Below, piece after piece: positions 11,368 to 25,699 of a DNA stretch of 64,000 nucleotides (positions are counted from its first letter, which is position 1; each line of letters begins with the position of its first letter). The translations under genes and the position numbers were made by a program. The stretch comes from Polymyxa betae A26-41. Its lineage: Eukaryota > Protista > Endomyxa: Phytomyxea. Under the pieces are notes generated by a model. It saw only the letters and a list, made by a program, of their open reading frames with translations. It was not told where the DNA came from and did not search any database. Location: assembly GCA_003693705.1 (NCBI GenBank), contig RBZT01000771.1, positions 43,592 to 107,591 of the forward strand, in the 5' to 3' direction.

Positions 11368-13914
11368 ATGTTGTTGCCTGAGAGAATAGGTCAACTTGAG
11401 CGATGCATTGCGGCTGTAGATCGAGCCCATTCTCTTCATAGCCGCCTACTGACTGTCAGCGAATCATATCACGACCTCTATCCAATATGTATGCAGATAG
11501 CAGGGTCTGGCCAGCTCGCGCGCTAATGAATGTCATAGATAAGCAGATCCAACCGTATGTCCTCAATAAAGATTGGAATGTATCGCCGACTGAAATCGCC
11601 GACTTCATTCACGATGGCCTCGACAAAGTTCGAAACGCCTCGGGCAACTTAGAAATGCTCTCTTCGCTTCAAGGTCAGTCGAACAGAATCTGGTAGATTA
11701 TTATCGAAATGCGTCATGTAGAATTTGCATCAGAAGACCTGAAAAGATTGCAATCGAAACAGCTAACCGATCGTCTGGTGGCATTAGAGAAGGCTGTTCG
11801 CCTGCGAAAGAAACGAATCGCTGATCTCGTAGAACGGGTGGAAAACGTCGCACAAACATACTACGATGGGGTCTGGTTTCGCCTTTTTAGCTTTTGAATT
11901 GTCGCTCTAATATTCATTTAGATCCATCAGATATCTCGTAAACTCGTTGATCTTAGTGAAAGCACTCGATCGTTAGAACTAAATACAAAGCCCTTGAGCA
12001 GGTCTTCCTACTTATTCGACTCATGTCGCTGACAAACAATTTTGAAATCATCGCGTTTGCTTCCGAGCGCCTCATATCTATCGTGGCGAGCGCGTGCCAA
12101 CGATCTTTCATTCGATCAGCGAGGTCGCCCTTGATCGACCGGGGCGCCACGCCGATGGAAGGGTCGCTGGAAAAGCTGACCAATAATAAGCTCGGCCTGA
12201 ACTACTATCAAAAACGCCATTTCCGCCTGGAATGGTCGAAACTCAAATATTACGCCAGGCCGGAAGACGACCAGGAGAAGGGTTCTATCAACCTGGCTGA
12301 GATGCATGGCGCCTATCTATCCGATGAGGACTCCCAGCGGAAGACCATCGTCTTGCTATTCGGGAATCGCAGCATCTTCTTGCTGGCTCCGGATCCGGAA
12401 GAAGCTGCCGCTTGGGTCTATAATCTTCGTAGCTATACGAAACGGGTGTCGCCCAGCGATCCGATTCCCATGCCACGACATATCGCCAGATCTCTTCTCG
12501 TCCTCATTAACTCCTGCAAAAACCAAGGCGGGACTAAACAAGAGGGGTAGAAAGCATTGTCGAGGCGTTCGGCGATCGCGTCTCTGAAATGGCTGCGTAG
12601 GCTGTTTCGCGTTCCCGGAAGGGCGTCGGAAATCAAATCGATTTGTCGGTCGGTGTATCTGAATCGGACCACGATTCTAACACAGGAAGAGGCTCGAGAT
12701 GTGGAATCCACAGCTGGTGCTATCAAGCGGCTGCTGTGGTGTCTTCCGGAACCGCTCTTCACGAAGACTCGCGTTGAGCCTATGATTAAGTCACAAAATC
12801 CAGAGAAGATACGCGAGCTGATTCTGGTTTGAACAAGTTTTTGTGTTTCACGACGATTTCGTTGTTTGGGGATGCCTCGTTTCTTGGAATTAGACTTGAT
12901 TGCGTTTGTTTTTTATAAAAGCGTTTCTTTAGTGATTGCAAGTTAATATTCGCTTCTTTACAGGAGATGCCGTTAGACAATCGTGTAGTGTCGAACAACC
13001 TATTCGGTCTGCTGAAGGAAGTCTGTGATAACACAGCCTCGACAAAGATGACGCCACTATCGCTGGGCATGTGCTTCTCGCCCTGCCTATCCGGAGCCGA
13101 GACCGGTGCCATCTTCGAGATGAAGGCGCTGTTCACGCTCATCATCAACGACTACGCCGATATCTTCAGAGATATCCCTCTTACTTTAGAATCCGACGAA
13201 TCGCTCACAACCAACATTGTCGATTGCCTATCGAAAACGTCGTCGGCGCGCGCCATCACCGCCGTACTGGCCGAAAACGGCGGAGACATTCAGGCCACGT
13301 TGAAACGCAAATCGCAGTTCGTCTGGGATTCGATTCGGCCGCGGGTCTCGACGGCCGCCACGTCCAAGCCGCAATCGATGAAGCCGAGGCCGTCCATACC
13401 GAATTTCGTCGAAACGAAACCGGAGCCGTTCAAAGGTGCTCCGGGGGCAACAACGAGCATGGCTTTGGCGTCCGCAGCGTTCCCATCGTTATCGAACGTT
13501 CATGACGACAACGACGATGGGAAAGTGTCACCGAAAATCCAGCAGCAGCTCGATCATCTACGAAATCGGGTTCACGAGCTCGAAGAGCGCTGCGCATATT
13601 GGCGGAATAAAGCGGAGGCGGCGGAAGCGGCCTTGGCGGCTGTGAAGACGTCGCCGATGCAGGCGTTGCCGAGGAAGTCGGTGAAATCAGCCACGGCCAA
13701 CAACCTCGTGATCAGGACGTCGATTCCGGCAAGGCAGGCGCCACAATCGGATGATGAGATCTCCAGCGAGGACGGCCTCACGACCGACGATGACGCCTAT
13801 CGAACAGCAATGCCGGAAATCAGCAACGAATCGAAGACTGACGAGGAGATCAGCGATCTGAGCGATGAAGACAGCTCGATCGTGGCGCCGCCGATTTCTG
13901 TGGCGCCATCATGA
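11368..13914 (+). CDS. PH domain + RhoGAP + coiled-coil protein (multi-exon; start uncertain)
   Basis: PH: MEGSLEKL..YQKRHFRL..KGSINL..WVYNL. RhoGAP: QEG|LFRVPG (Arg finger), KRLLWCLPEPLF, KMTPLSLGMCFSP. Confidence 0.8.
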
Positions 13915-13966
13915 TATACAACAAATAACTAACACGAACGAGCCATGAAATAAACTCGTCGAGCGT

Positions 13967-14413
13967 TTATGCAGCAGCTTGAGGCGTTTCCGTTTCGGTT
14001 GGTGGCTCTGGTTGGGCGGACTCCCAGGGCTTCCAATCGGCCATAGTTGGAATCAGGTTAAGCTCAGCCTCGGCCTGCTCGATGAGTTCCTCAACCTGGC
14101 CATCATTGATTAAGGCCTCGATCTTGTTGCAATCGTCGTTCTCCTGGACGACCTTCAGGCGGAAGTTCGAGATCTGCTCGACGCCTTGCCGATATTGGGC
14201 GCTCTCAGGGATAACCTAAACCTATCGGATTCATTCCAATGATATTGAAGCGGCAGGGTTTAAGCCGCCGACCTTGATCTCTTCCAGGGTTTTGGCGTAC
14301 AGACCGAGCAGCACCTCACGAGCATTGGCGACAACGGGGACGCCTTTCAACCCAGTGGTTGATTTGATATTGGCGGAGAATGGCCGAATCACGGCCCGAC
14401 TAAGACGAAGCAT
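13967..14413 (-). CDS. NDUFA5: Complex I subunit NDUFA5/B13 (2 exons)
   Basis: KSTTGLKGVPV..LYAKTLEEIK|VIPESAQYRQGVEQ..GQVEELIEQAEAEL..WKPWE. Confidence 0.9.
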
Positions 14414-14669
14414 CCACTAATAGACGAGCGAAAGACCTCGGAAAGATAATGAGCTTAAACGATAAAGCGTCACTGTTCAAGTTAAATCAAATAACACATC
14501 TGAAATTTGAAAATTGCGCCACTGAGAACTCTTTCACGCACTTTATTTAGTCACATGGTGCAAGGAAACTACGCACATTTTTAGTAAGTGTAGCAAGATG
14601 TTGGAGGAATTTGCTGTTTGAGAAAGGTTCATGATATAAACAAACAACTCTAAAAAAATATATTTATGA

Positions 14670-17600
14670 TTATGTAGCGATGGCGGACTCATCGAGGTTG
14701 TTGTTGTTGTTGTTGCTGGTATCGACATTGGAGCTGTCGTTGGATTGGAACAGAGCGGCGGCCAGCTCCATCTTCTGGGCCTGGTTCAGATCCGGTCGTT
14801 GCAGAATCTGCACAAGACGCGCCTTCATGTGCGGCTGCTTTTGAACCAGTTGTCTGAGCAAGAACATATTGCCCTGGTCGATCTCACCGTTAACCTGGTC
14901 GAGATCGTGGCTGCTATTAGAGACCGCTATAGCAGGCGGGATGCTTTCAGGAGGTGCCATCATAACAGGCGACATCGCTAATGGAACTGAGGCAGCTCGC
15001 ATCAATGGTGTTGTTACTGTTGGAGGCATCTTCGTCCCGCGAACTGATGGCGATGTGATTTGTTGTGGTGGCGCCATCGCCGACATCTTCTTGGATTCGT
15101 GCGTTCGATCACGAAGAGCACGAAGCTCGACAATTTGCCTAGGACTTAGAGTCGATCCAATATTCGCATGCGGAATCATCAGCCCTGAACACATTTTAAG
15201 TTTCAGCAATGTCAAACGAAAAAAAGCTGCCACGTTTGTGTCCGGCGGTGAGGGCAGCTGCATGAGAAGCATGTGATCGCATCAGTGCCTCCTTGAAAGC
15301 TTCTGCCGGGATGCCACTAAGCGGCGTTCTTAAAGCTAATTTACATTGGATATGGTTTTGCATGATGACTGAGGCTGATTTAGAATTCTGTTAGTTTGGC
15401 CACTGAACGACACTTACTTCGAACGGCGCCGGAGATGACTTCGAATGACTTCTCAGCAGTGGCTTTGTTTCGGATCTGGCTACGATATCTGAGCCATTCC
15501 AAAGCCGATCGGTAAGCCATCTGCGGGTCGGCATTCGGCAGCGGAGGGACTGAAACAAGACGTTGGACGAATTCAAGCGACCAGAAAAACCCACGAACCT
15601 GGAGTGCCAGGATTGCTGATGGCTTGAAGTTTCTCCCAAAGACGCGGCCCGATTTCCTTGGCCTTTCGAACAAGGAGCGAGAAGCGGTCCGAACACATTT
15701 TCGGCGTCCTGAGCCGTCCACGAACAACCAGATCGGATTCTGCAATCGCAGTTAGCAACTAGAATGGAAACTTGAGCGAGGCAACCGACCCAGAAAGTTG
15801 GACGCTATCTGGAAATTGGGCCCGAATAGAATCGCCGAACAGACAATGAGCGCATCCTGGCAGATGATCAATACGAAGGCGAAATAGTGATCGAAAGGAG
15901 GGAAACCTCTTCGTCGCTGAACGGAACTGGATGCGACATGGCGATCGGTTTCGGAAGAGCGCTTGGCGCCATTGATACAACAGGTTCATCAGCACGAGGC
16001 CGCTTGATTGCAGGACCTTCGGTGGGAACTTCGTCGCTCTTGCGTTTGGTTGGGACAAGCTGCTTTTTCGCGATTCGAATGCGCATCGTTCCGCTGACGT
16101 CGTCCACGATGATGGTGGCAAGACGAGGCCCACGACGCCGTAGTTTCTTCTTCTTCTTTCGTGGCAGCCCTGTTCGAGTACGGAACATCTGCGCCTGAGA
16201 TTCGGCGGAGGCGAACAAACCCCATCTATAGGGATCATTCGGATCGTCTTCTGATTGCAAAGGCGTCGCAAACATCTCCGACTACAGACGTCAGCGATAG
16301 ATACAGAGCCCATTGATAAACGTACTGCTGAGAGAGGCGCAGGTGGGCACTTCACAATCGGGTCATACACGAGCTTGTGACGAAGGGCGAAATTGCGAAG
16401 CTGTGCCTCCATGGGCATCAGCTTTGATCTCCTGTAGAAAAGAGCCGGTTGTGACGAGGTCGAAATGAGACTTCCGGCGGCGATTACGACTCCATGCGGC
16501 AAGACGTCGTTTTGCTGATTGATGATAAGGAATTCATAGAGGCGAACATCGCTGAATCTTACATCAGCAGGCGGCTTGTATTTGCTTCGAATTGTAGACA
16601 GAGCCAACTTTGTATCATGCGGAAGTGGATTCGGAAACGACGCCTGTGTCCTGGGAGCCGTCTCCCCAATCGCATTCGAAAGCGACAGTATCCTAACCGG
16701 ATCCACGATGATGGATGGCGCATCCGGCAAAATCTCCGATGGATTCCTCTTCAATGCCCAGAGCTGAACCCATATTAGAGCCATACAGAGAAGGAGAATA
16801 TCAACGGTGTACTTCGAATGGTCTTAAGAGATAGGACAAACCCGTCCCGATCTGAGGGATGGACTGGGTTAAAGCATCCGAATCACCCTCGATCTGGGAT
16901 CTGAATCTTCTCCATATCTATACGACTTGTTATCGAATGACAGATAGACGCGCCCAAAAACCATACACTTAAAGCGACCGTGTCGATGGGGGTTTCCGCA
17001 CGAGTGATGATGGCTTCGGCTTCGTTCTGATTCTAGAATTGACAATGAATAGATAACTTTGAGAGATGGAATGGCGTACAGATTCGATTGCAGAAGCCTC
17101 CGAGAAAGGACCGAACAGGAGCTGGTCGAAGTCCATCTGAGAGAAGGCCACCTGGGTCGACGTTAGCAAAGAACACTCAAACCAAAGCCAAGCTCGACTA
17201 CATTGGCAAATCGGTAGGCGTATTCGTCAAAGGTATCTTTGACGATGAAGCGAGATAGCTGAAAATCGCCAAGACGGGCAGATCGCGAAAGACATTGCTC
17301 CATCTAAGACGCAATTAGGGCCATATTAGTGGACAGAGCTAATGCACACCAGTTGTCGTGAGGTCGGGTTCCAGTCGTGTTCGAACACAATTACGGATGA
17401 GAACAGCGACAAGCTCGGATACGAAAACACCGACATCGTTCTAGAGGATGTTAAGTAGATGAAAGGCGCCTGTTCCGACACATAGTCCAATGCGAATCGC
17501 CCGATGGATGGATTGGTTGGAATCGGAAGTTCGCGAATCTACAGTGAATTTAGCGAAAGGAAGAGAGCAATAGGTCGACATACATAGCGGAAACGATGAC

Positions 17601-20425
17601 GTCCCAGAAAGCGTTGGATGACATCCAGAGTCTGACAGCTACAAGCTATAATGACAATACGAGCCGAGGGCCTATATTGCTCTCGTAACATGTCGTATAA
17701 AGCCCGAAGTTTGCCCGAGTCGCCAACCAGAAAACGAGGCTCGCCAATATCCAGATATCCGTCCTAAGGAACAATCAGAAAAGCAAAAAGTGAAATCCAA
17801 AAAATGAAATGCAAATCTCATAATGACGAAACTGAAGAAAAAGGAAATGTACTTTGTGATCGGAGTGCAAATCAAGCGAAGAGATTCGAGCAATAGCAGC
17901 TGGAACAAAAACATTTCTGGAAAGCTGAATCGATGGTGAATCGCGATAGGTGTCAACCACAGTTGAGTCGAGATCGGCAATGAGCCCTGGCAAAGCGACA
18001 GAGAGCCACCTCGGGAACGTCACCGATTGATGATGCGGATCGAGCGCGGATTCCAGACAACATCGAAGTGCATTGGCGGACCTCGAAAACTTCGCACCAT
18101 CCAGTCTTCTGGGCAGAAGGCGCTCAATAAAACATTGCATGAGCTGCCTAGAAACAGCACGGAGCGGGTCCCTTTGAACGAATAGACGTTGCGCATAAGC
18201 CGGACCAATCTCGAAAAGAATGCTATGCCTGGAATACACGGGTCTGAACAAATCAGGATGCGTACAGATCTGATGCATTCATCAGAAACCAAAATCAATG
18301 TGGTTCAATTAAAGTACAGAATGCAATCGGGTAACAGCGCGAACGAGATCTGGCAGAGTGGTGAGAGATTCAACAGGAGCGACTTCGTCATAGAGAAGCG
18401 ATTGCCTTTCAGACAAGCTGAGCGGAATGACATATTCATTCAGGCAGGGCAGCTGTCCTTGAACTAAAAAGATTCAGCAAGATTTAACAAACGGGAAACT
18501 GGTTACCATCGGTGAGAGTCCTGCGTAAACAAAACGCATTCAGAAAGTCGTGACCGAGAATGCCTTCACAGCGCAATGGTTTCTGATTGCCCAATGATTC
18601 CTAAAACAATATTGAGTGATGTTTGAGGTTGAAGCTTGAGGGCGAACATATAGTTGGGAGAGATCGCGGAACGTCCTGGGAGCAATGAAGTTCAGCAACG
18701 ACAACTGACTCCTTTGCAGATCGGTCTGCAGTGACGCCAAATGACGGAACAGCAGAATCCGAACGCATGCATTGAGCTTGGTTAAGCTCGACCAGCGAGC
18801 GGATGTGAAATCAATCGCGGAATCTTCGGGAGAATCAATGGCGATGCATTTCCACGACTGCGACATGAGATGGACATCATCAAGTGGCATCTCGAACGAT
18901 GTTATAACAACAGAGTTCGGAGGCAGCTCCGACGGCCATGACTCCCTGGAGCTGTTTTAAGCATTGCTAGCAAAACACAAACAATGAAACGGCACCTATT
19001 TGTATAAACGAAAGCGTTCGAGTTCGGATATCGGCATTTGAGTTCAGAGTCCCATCGTAGCAGATTCAAAGGCGTTGTGATGACCAAATGGGGTGCGGAT
19101 TCTAACGACATCCACGCCATCACCGATATGCGCTTACCCAGACCTAGAATCTGTCAGAACATGAAACGATGCGTTCCATGGAACGTCAACCTTGATCATC
19201 AGCAATGATGAAACTCGCAGGAGAGATCAGAGTGCTAACGGCCTCCAGCCAGGCAACGCATTGCCTTTGGTGTTGGTGCAAAGACGTGTTGCTTAGAGGG
19301 TCGCCGAAATCTGCAATCGGTTCGCCGAACCTTAAGCGAACCATGGCGTCGCGTTGAGCCACGAGCTGATTCAAATAGGGTTCCCGCCATTCTAACAAGC
19401 ACCGCCATCAGTCGATATCAGAAGACTCAGCCTGATAATAACCTTCATCCAGACCGCTAACAGATTTCTGCGACAGCATGCTGCAGGAACGGAAATATTC
19501 CTGACAAAGGTCAAAACACGAACAAATCTTGATAGGCAGCGATTCTCACATTGATCGGGTTGGTATCGATGGCGAGGTCGTTGTAAATGCCCCTCGCATA
19601 TTGATCAGATCGTTGTACGACCAGATCGAGCGGCGCCCGATTGCGCTGCATACTCTGCAGTCGGCGGATGGTGGACCAGAACTCGGAGATCATCTGGGAC
19701 GCTCTTCTGGCTTGCGTCCACCTCTGAATCTCCACGACTCGTTCGTTCATGCGGACCGCCTTCTCCTTGCGCTCCAGTAACGATTTCGTCTGTTTGGCGA
19801 CCGACAGCGCCAACGTCCGTTTCCACGTATCTTCGTGCATGAAATCGGCCGCCATCCAGCGCATCTCCTCAAGAACGCAATCCCAATTCGTTCGAAGACG
19901 AGGCGGTTCTTTCTGCGGCGGGAGGCGTTTGCCAGCGCGTTGCTGGAACTGAACGATCTTCTCCTGAATGGCAGCGCGTTCCTTCACCAATTCGTTCAGA
20001 TCAGCACGCTGGGTTCCCTTCAAGTAAAGCTGCTGCAATCTTGAATAAACAAAATCGGGTTTCTTGGCCGCAGAAGGCGCCTTGGACGTGTCTGCGTTCT
20101 TGGCAATCGCACCGTTTGGGCCCTCAGCATTATTCGCATCAGTTTCATCTGGTGTAATACCAGCCGCTGTTCCCTCTTCTGTCGACTGGGCAGCAGCTTC
20201 GCCCATCTCGGCAAGAAGCAGAGTCAACTCCTGGTTTAATAGCCCGCGCCTTCACAAACGTATTAAATCTACCGGAAAAACAAAAACGAAATTGAAAAAC
20301 CTGGTACGAAGCTTAGCGAGGGCATTTCGAAGTTGAGCGGCAATAGCAATCCGACTGCGATCGCTTCCAAAGTCGATCCCAACCAAACGACTTGTCACAT
20401 CGACGGCAAGTCTACCCGGCTCCAT
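14670..20425 (-). CDS. p400/SWR1/EAF1-like protein: HSA + degenerate SNF2 + SANT/Myb (multi-exon)
   Basis: HSA: EPPRLRTNWDCVLEEMRWMAADF. SNF2 relics: ADDQG|LGKR, PHLVITTPLNLLRWDSEL, WKCIAIDS, QLHQICTHPDLF, IHRAIRIG. SANT: PFSDEE|DALI..FGPNFQIAS..RTPKMCSDRF. Joining these into one gene is inferred. Confidence 0.7.
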
Positions 20426-21119
20426 CTTTTACAGATAAAAAATCAATAAAAGGATGCGATTAGGCGATCAATATCCGTATGCCATGCACATCCAGACCCA
20501 GAGCCGGGCGCTTATTGGACCGGGCAGATTCCGGCCGTATGGGGTGCAAACAGTCGTCCTAGATCCGACCGGACGTGACGCGACGACGCCCCTGGTTCGG
20601 TAAGGACCGGGTTGAGAATGCCGATTGACACCTTATAGCCGCCGTCTCTTGGTGTTATCGGTGCCCAATATCGCGCTACAACAGCGCACCGCGGGAAACC
20701 GCCAGAATTTCCGTAAAAACTTTCAAACTTTCACATCGAAAATTCATCCAAGGCCTGTTTCTGATCTCATGATAAAGTCATCGTATAAAGCATTAATATC
20801 ATGGATACATCGCTTGGATAGAATGCACTGGATCCATCCTGGGAAACAAGTGAAAATGAGAAAAAAGCCAAGTGCGAAGATCGTGGCAAGCCATCATGCC
20901 TCTGATCATCCCCAACAAACACCTTCAGGCGCTCCTATGTGGACACGAAGGAAATTTCCTGCATAGTTTCTGCTCGAGCCACGGGCGACCCATGGCGAAA
21001 CTCGTCTCAAATATAAAGAAGAGTTCTTCATGATTTGAAAAATGCCGTTCACAATGAAGGCGCAGCCACTTTCAAATTCATTTTGATTTCAGTATCAATA
21101 ACGCGGCCCTGATTCGGTC

Positions 21120-22370
21120 ATGTCGTCGCCCTCGTCAGCGCCAATGGCCGTCGATCTAACCGTTGAGCCCAAAGTTCAATCGTCGAGGCCAGCTTTACCG
21201 CCTGGATCCATGGAGCAACCTTGGCTGGAGAAATATCGCCCAATGGTTCTGGATGATGTTGTCGGCAATGAACCCACTATCAAACGGTTAAAGGTTTGTT
21301 GGCGGTCGGCGGTTACCTTGGTCTGTTTACAAGATGATTTAGGTCATTGCTGGCGATGGAAACCTGCCGAATATTATTATCGCTGGGCCGCCAGGTACAG
21401 GAAAAACAACCAGCATTATGTGTCTAGCTCGACAATTGCTTGGCGATGCGATGAAGAACGCTGTCCTGGAATTGAATGCTTCAGATGAACGGTATAAGCT
21501 GGTAGCTATCAAACAGTATCGCGTTAATCCTACTTTAGAGGTATTGACGTTGTTCGGAATTCGATCAAACAGTTCGCACAGCAACGTGTCGCTGGTCTGC
21601 CACCGAATCGTCATAAAATCATCATTCTTGATGAAGCGGATAGCATGACCGTCGGTGCTCAGCAGGCTCTGAGGCGGACCATGGAAATCTACTCGGATAC
21701 TACACGATTTGCATTAGCATGTAATATTTCCAGTAAAATCATCGAACCCATCCAGAGTCTGAAAATTATTCTGCTAAATTTAAAAAATTAATCAAGTTTA
21801 GGTCGATGCGCAATCGTTAGGTTTAACCGTTTGTCTGATGAAGAGATATTGGCGCGATTGCTTTCTGTTCTTGAAACGGAAGGCATAACAACGTTCACGA
21901 ACGATGGTCTCGAGGCCATTCTTTTTACAGCTGAAGGAGATATGCGAAACGCAATCAACAATTTGCAATCGACTTATGCTGGCTTCGGCTTGATCAACGC
22001 CGACAATGTTTTCAAGGTCTGCGATCAACCTCATCCAAAGGTGTTGCAGTACCTGCTATCTCAGTGCCAGCAAGCAGCAATTCGGCAAGCGCTGGCTGCA
22101 TTTCAAGGTGACGATCAGTTCGGAATCCCTTGAGTGCGTTTTAAACAATGAATAGGTCTGTGGTTGCAAGGGTACTCAGCCATTGATATCGTTTCGACTC
22201 TGTTTCGAGTATGTAAAACTGCCGATATGGAACCATCGCTTAAGCTTAATTTTATTCGAGAAATCGGATTCGTGCATCTACGAATTGCCAATGGCCTCGA
22301 CACAAATCTGCAGCTTTGTGGACTCATTTCGAAGCTATGCCTGCTTGCTGCTGGCAAGTCTTTTGACTAA
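21120..22370 (+). CDS. RFC2: Replication factor C small subunit (human RFC2 / yeast Rfc4 type)
   Basis: [26 protein letters not shown]|[32 protein letters not shown]|RC. Confidence 0.93.
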
Positions 22371-22584
22371 AAATGTCTGTATATGTAAAAATCATATTCT
22401 ATTCCAAGCTATCCAATGTTAGCCATTAGCCGCATCAGATGTTATGAAGCGTTCGTGATGAGATGTCGGCTTGTCCTACGTTTCAAACCTCAATCTATTG
22501 CACAATGCATCACGCATTAGCTTTCTTCAATAATCAGCGGAAGCACAAAAATAAGATCGATTATTGGTACAGTTGCCCAAAACA

Positions 22585-25500
22585 ATGTCTACAGTAGCCA
22601 TGAACTTGTTTGACGACCGATTTTTGCAGCTTTCTTTAAAATCCTATCCAGAACAGGTTTTATCAATTCGCTCATGTATAGAGAGCTTACAAGATTCTTC
22701 ACAAATCACTGCGTTTTTACAGAATAGCGACTTTCTTGTCTCTATTATGAAGCTGATCTGCAATGGCGATGTGAACGTTAAAAAAAACACACTGGATCTT
22801 CTGATTGGCATTTTGAGCCAGTGTCGAGCTAATATCAGTATATTTTTCAAGAAAGCTCGTTCGAGTTTGGATATGATGGGTAAAGTTCTTTTGGAGTCCC
22901 TCAATGATTTAGAGTGCGATGGACCTAGCGCAACGATCCCTGAGCTATTGACTTCCGTAATCTTGATGTATTTCGAATCGAAATTTGGACCATATTTGAG
23001 TGTTAAGTTGAGATTAGGTTAGCTCAACTGAACCCATCGGCAATCTTAGCTAAGCTGGCTCCTGTATTGTCGGCCGTCTATGAATCACAGTCGAAGGTGA
23101 ATCTACCTAATTTGCTTCGACTCAACATGGCTCGCATCTTGATTGAGATTATTACCCGTTTTGATCTTGACGGGCATATTTCCGTGCTGTTGCAGTCGGG
23201 AGCAGCATCTGCTTCCGTTACCAAAGATCTTATCAGGGCTTGCGAGGAGTTCTCGGAGACACCTGAGGAATCAGTAATTGAACGGGTTCAGGTAAGAGGA
23301 CAAATTCGCTGATCTTCCATATCCAATTTCTCGCAGTGTTATTCTAGATGTCTAATAGCAATAGCGGCAGCACGATGGCCGCTAAACGAACTGATTGAGT
23401 CGCACGAAAAGCTGGTTGTCGTATTGGCGCACGATACGGGAGGACCAGCTCATCCACATCTCGTTGCCCTGCTGGGCTTGTTCTATAACGACACAGACTC
23501 TGTTCCTTCAGAATCGTTGCAAGACGATCTAAAGACCTTCAAGCAAATTGAAGCATGCTGCACTGATATCTGGTCAAACATCGGAAACGAAGACGTAATC
23601 AGCGCCAATCTGCAGGAATTAGCTGGATTGTTAGGGTAAGATGCATAGTTCTACTCATTGCGGATTCTGATAGTCTCAGAACGAAACCTGGAGCCGTCGA
23701 CATCGCATCGTGTATTTCAGATTTCGTCCAGCTACTAATCCAATGCCTCGGCAATATCGACGAACAGGTCATGATGGCCGCATTGAACGCGACCTATGCC
23801 CTGCTGCTGTATTGCCCGGACGTGATCCATACTCAGTTCATGAACCGTGGCGGGTTCGACGCCCTCGCCGACTGCCTTCACGACTACAACGTGGTAATTA
23901 GAGCGTCTGTATCTAGACGGATGTGAATAAGAGGCGACTGTCATCAGGCTATACGCGTAACGACGCTGGAGATTCTGAGTGTCACAGTGGCCCATCGAGA
24001 GGAGATGCGGATTACGTTACAGACCTCTGGCATTCTCAAATACATCATCGATCTGGTTGCTGAATATGGTCGCGATGATGATATCGAGGAGCGAATCGTG
24101 GAGGCGGCTGCTGGGGTTATCAGCCTGGCTCTGACCGACTCCATCGATAACCAAATGTATTTGATCGGTCAGCGCGGAGTCCAGATTCTGATTTCGACCA
24201 TCGATCTGTGTGTATCTTTGCAGGCCTCCGATTCTACTATCGAGGCCCTCCTGCTGACATTAAGCAATTTGGTCTATCGTAATCGTCGATCTCAAGATGA
24301 ATTCGCAAAGTATTCTGGGTTTGCAATGACGTTCCGATTATTTGACCATATGTCGACTGTGTCAACTTTGCAATCGGTACTTTGGCTCTGAACGCGGGCA
24401 CCTCCACTGCTCCCTAACCTAAATTTTAGGCATTGACTTTGATTGTGAATGCTGTAGACACGTGCGAACCAAATCAAGACGCTTTTGGGGAATGGGCCGG
24501 GATCGTCGAGCGAATTGGGCACCTTTTGAACAGCGATTGCGATATTGCATCGCTCGGTTGCCTGTTACTATCTCATGCGACGTGGAATCACCCAAGCAAT
24601 CAGGCGCTGTTCTCGGTCCCTGAAGTTATCAAGCGAGTTCTTCAATGGGTTCATAATCCCAAAACAAGCGTTTTCGCTTTAATGGGGCTATCGAATCTCT
24701 CATACCAGAATCGCAATGTCCAGGAAATGGTTAGCAGCGTCGACGGAATTGCTGTGGTCTACAGTGCACTGGTTGAAGCAGATGATGTCGCATTTATTGC
24801 CATCACGACCACTTTGAGCAATCTCGTCAATGGCGATGATGGCAATGCTGAGACACTGGCACGACTGGGAGGCGTGGAATTGCTTTTGTCATGCATCACT
24901 GACGACGATGACGATGAAATCAGCAAGCGTGCTTTCTCGACAATTGTCCAAATGGGTCCGGCTGCCATTCGCCACATCGTTAGTGCACTAAGTCAATTTC
25001 GCGATCATGATGCACTCGAGACGTTAAAACCATATCTGACTGCACTTAATGGAGTCGTGTATCTTAGCTCATCGATTGAACCAGAGCTCGCTATGTCGGT
25101 AATTCATGCGCTAATACCACTGCTGATGGAGGATTCCTTCCAAGAATTAATGGGGTAAGCTACTCACTTATTAAGCTTTGTTGTTCTTAGCTTGACGAAA
25201 AGGTACGCTCTGTTCACTATGGTTAACATAACGGTGTCGCATCAAAAGTTCATCCAAACTAAAGCTAGATTTTCTGGTGTTTTTGATGCTATCGAGTCAT
25301 GTATGAAAAGATTGGCGTTTATCAAAGGAGACCTCGATTCGTTCACCGTTAAGGACATTCGTGATGTGATTTATCAGTTACTTGATAATTTACTGACCGG
25401 CAATGTTGCATGCATCAATGACATTGCTAAACGGAGTTGGATGATCGATCAAATGCTGGAAGATTGCCAAGGCGATGTCAAGGACATCCAAGAGCCGGTT

Positions 25501-25656
25501 GAAGTTGTTTTGACTCTCTGTGAGCATAACTCAGCTATCAAGCTGATCGGAGCTGAACGCATGCGACCATTGATAGAAAGGCTAAAAAGCCAAGGCTCAT
25601 CTCAGATCGTGCAAGCGAAAGCATTGCAAATCGTTAATCGCTTAAATAGGATATAA
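22585..25656 (+). CDS. Large armadillo/HEAT-repeat protein (multi-exon)
   Basis: Repeated ARM-like motifs: LSNLVYRNRRSQDEF, LSNLSYQNRNVQEMV, LSNLVNGDDGNAETLARLGGVELL. Confidence 0.75.
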
Positions 25657-25699
25657 ACTGGAGAATCATACTGCTTCAAAACGAAAGTCACATTGTGAT

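Noticed and set aside
20690-20698. E2F-like CGCGGGAAA upstream of RFC2
   Set aside because: The same 9-mer occurs before 7TM-RGS copy 1 (~1476); too short to support alone.
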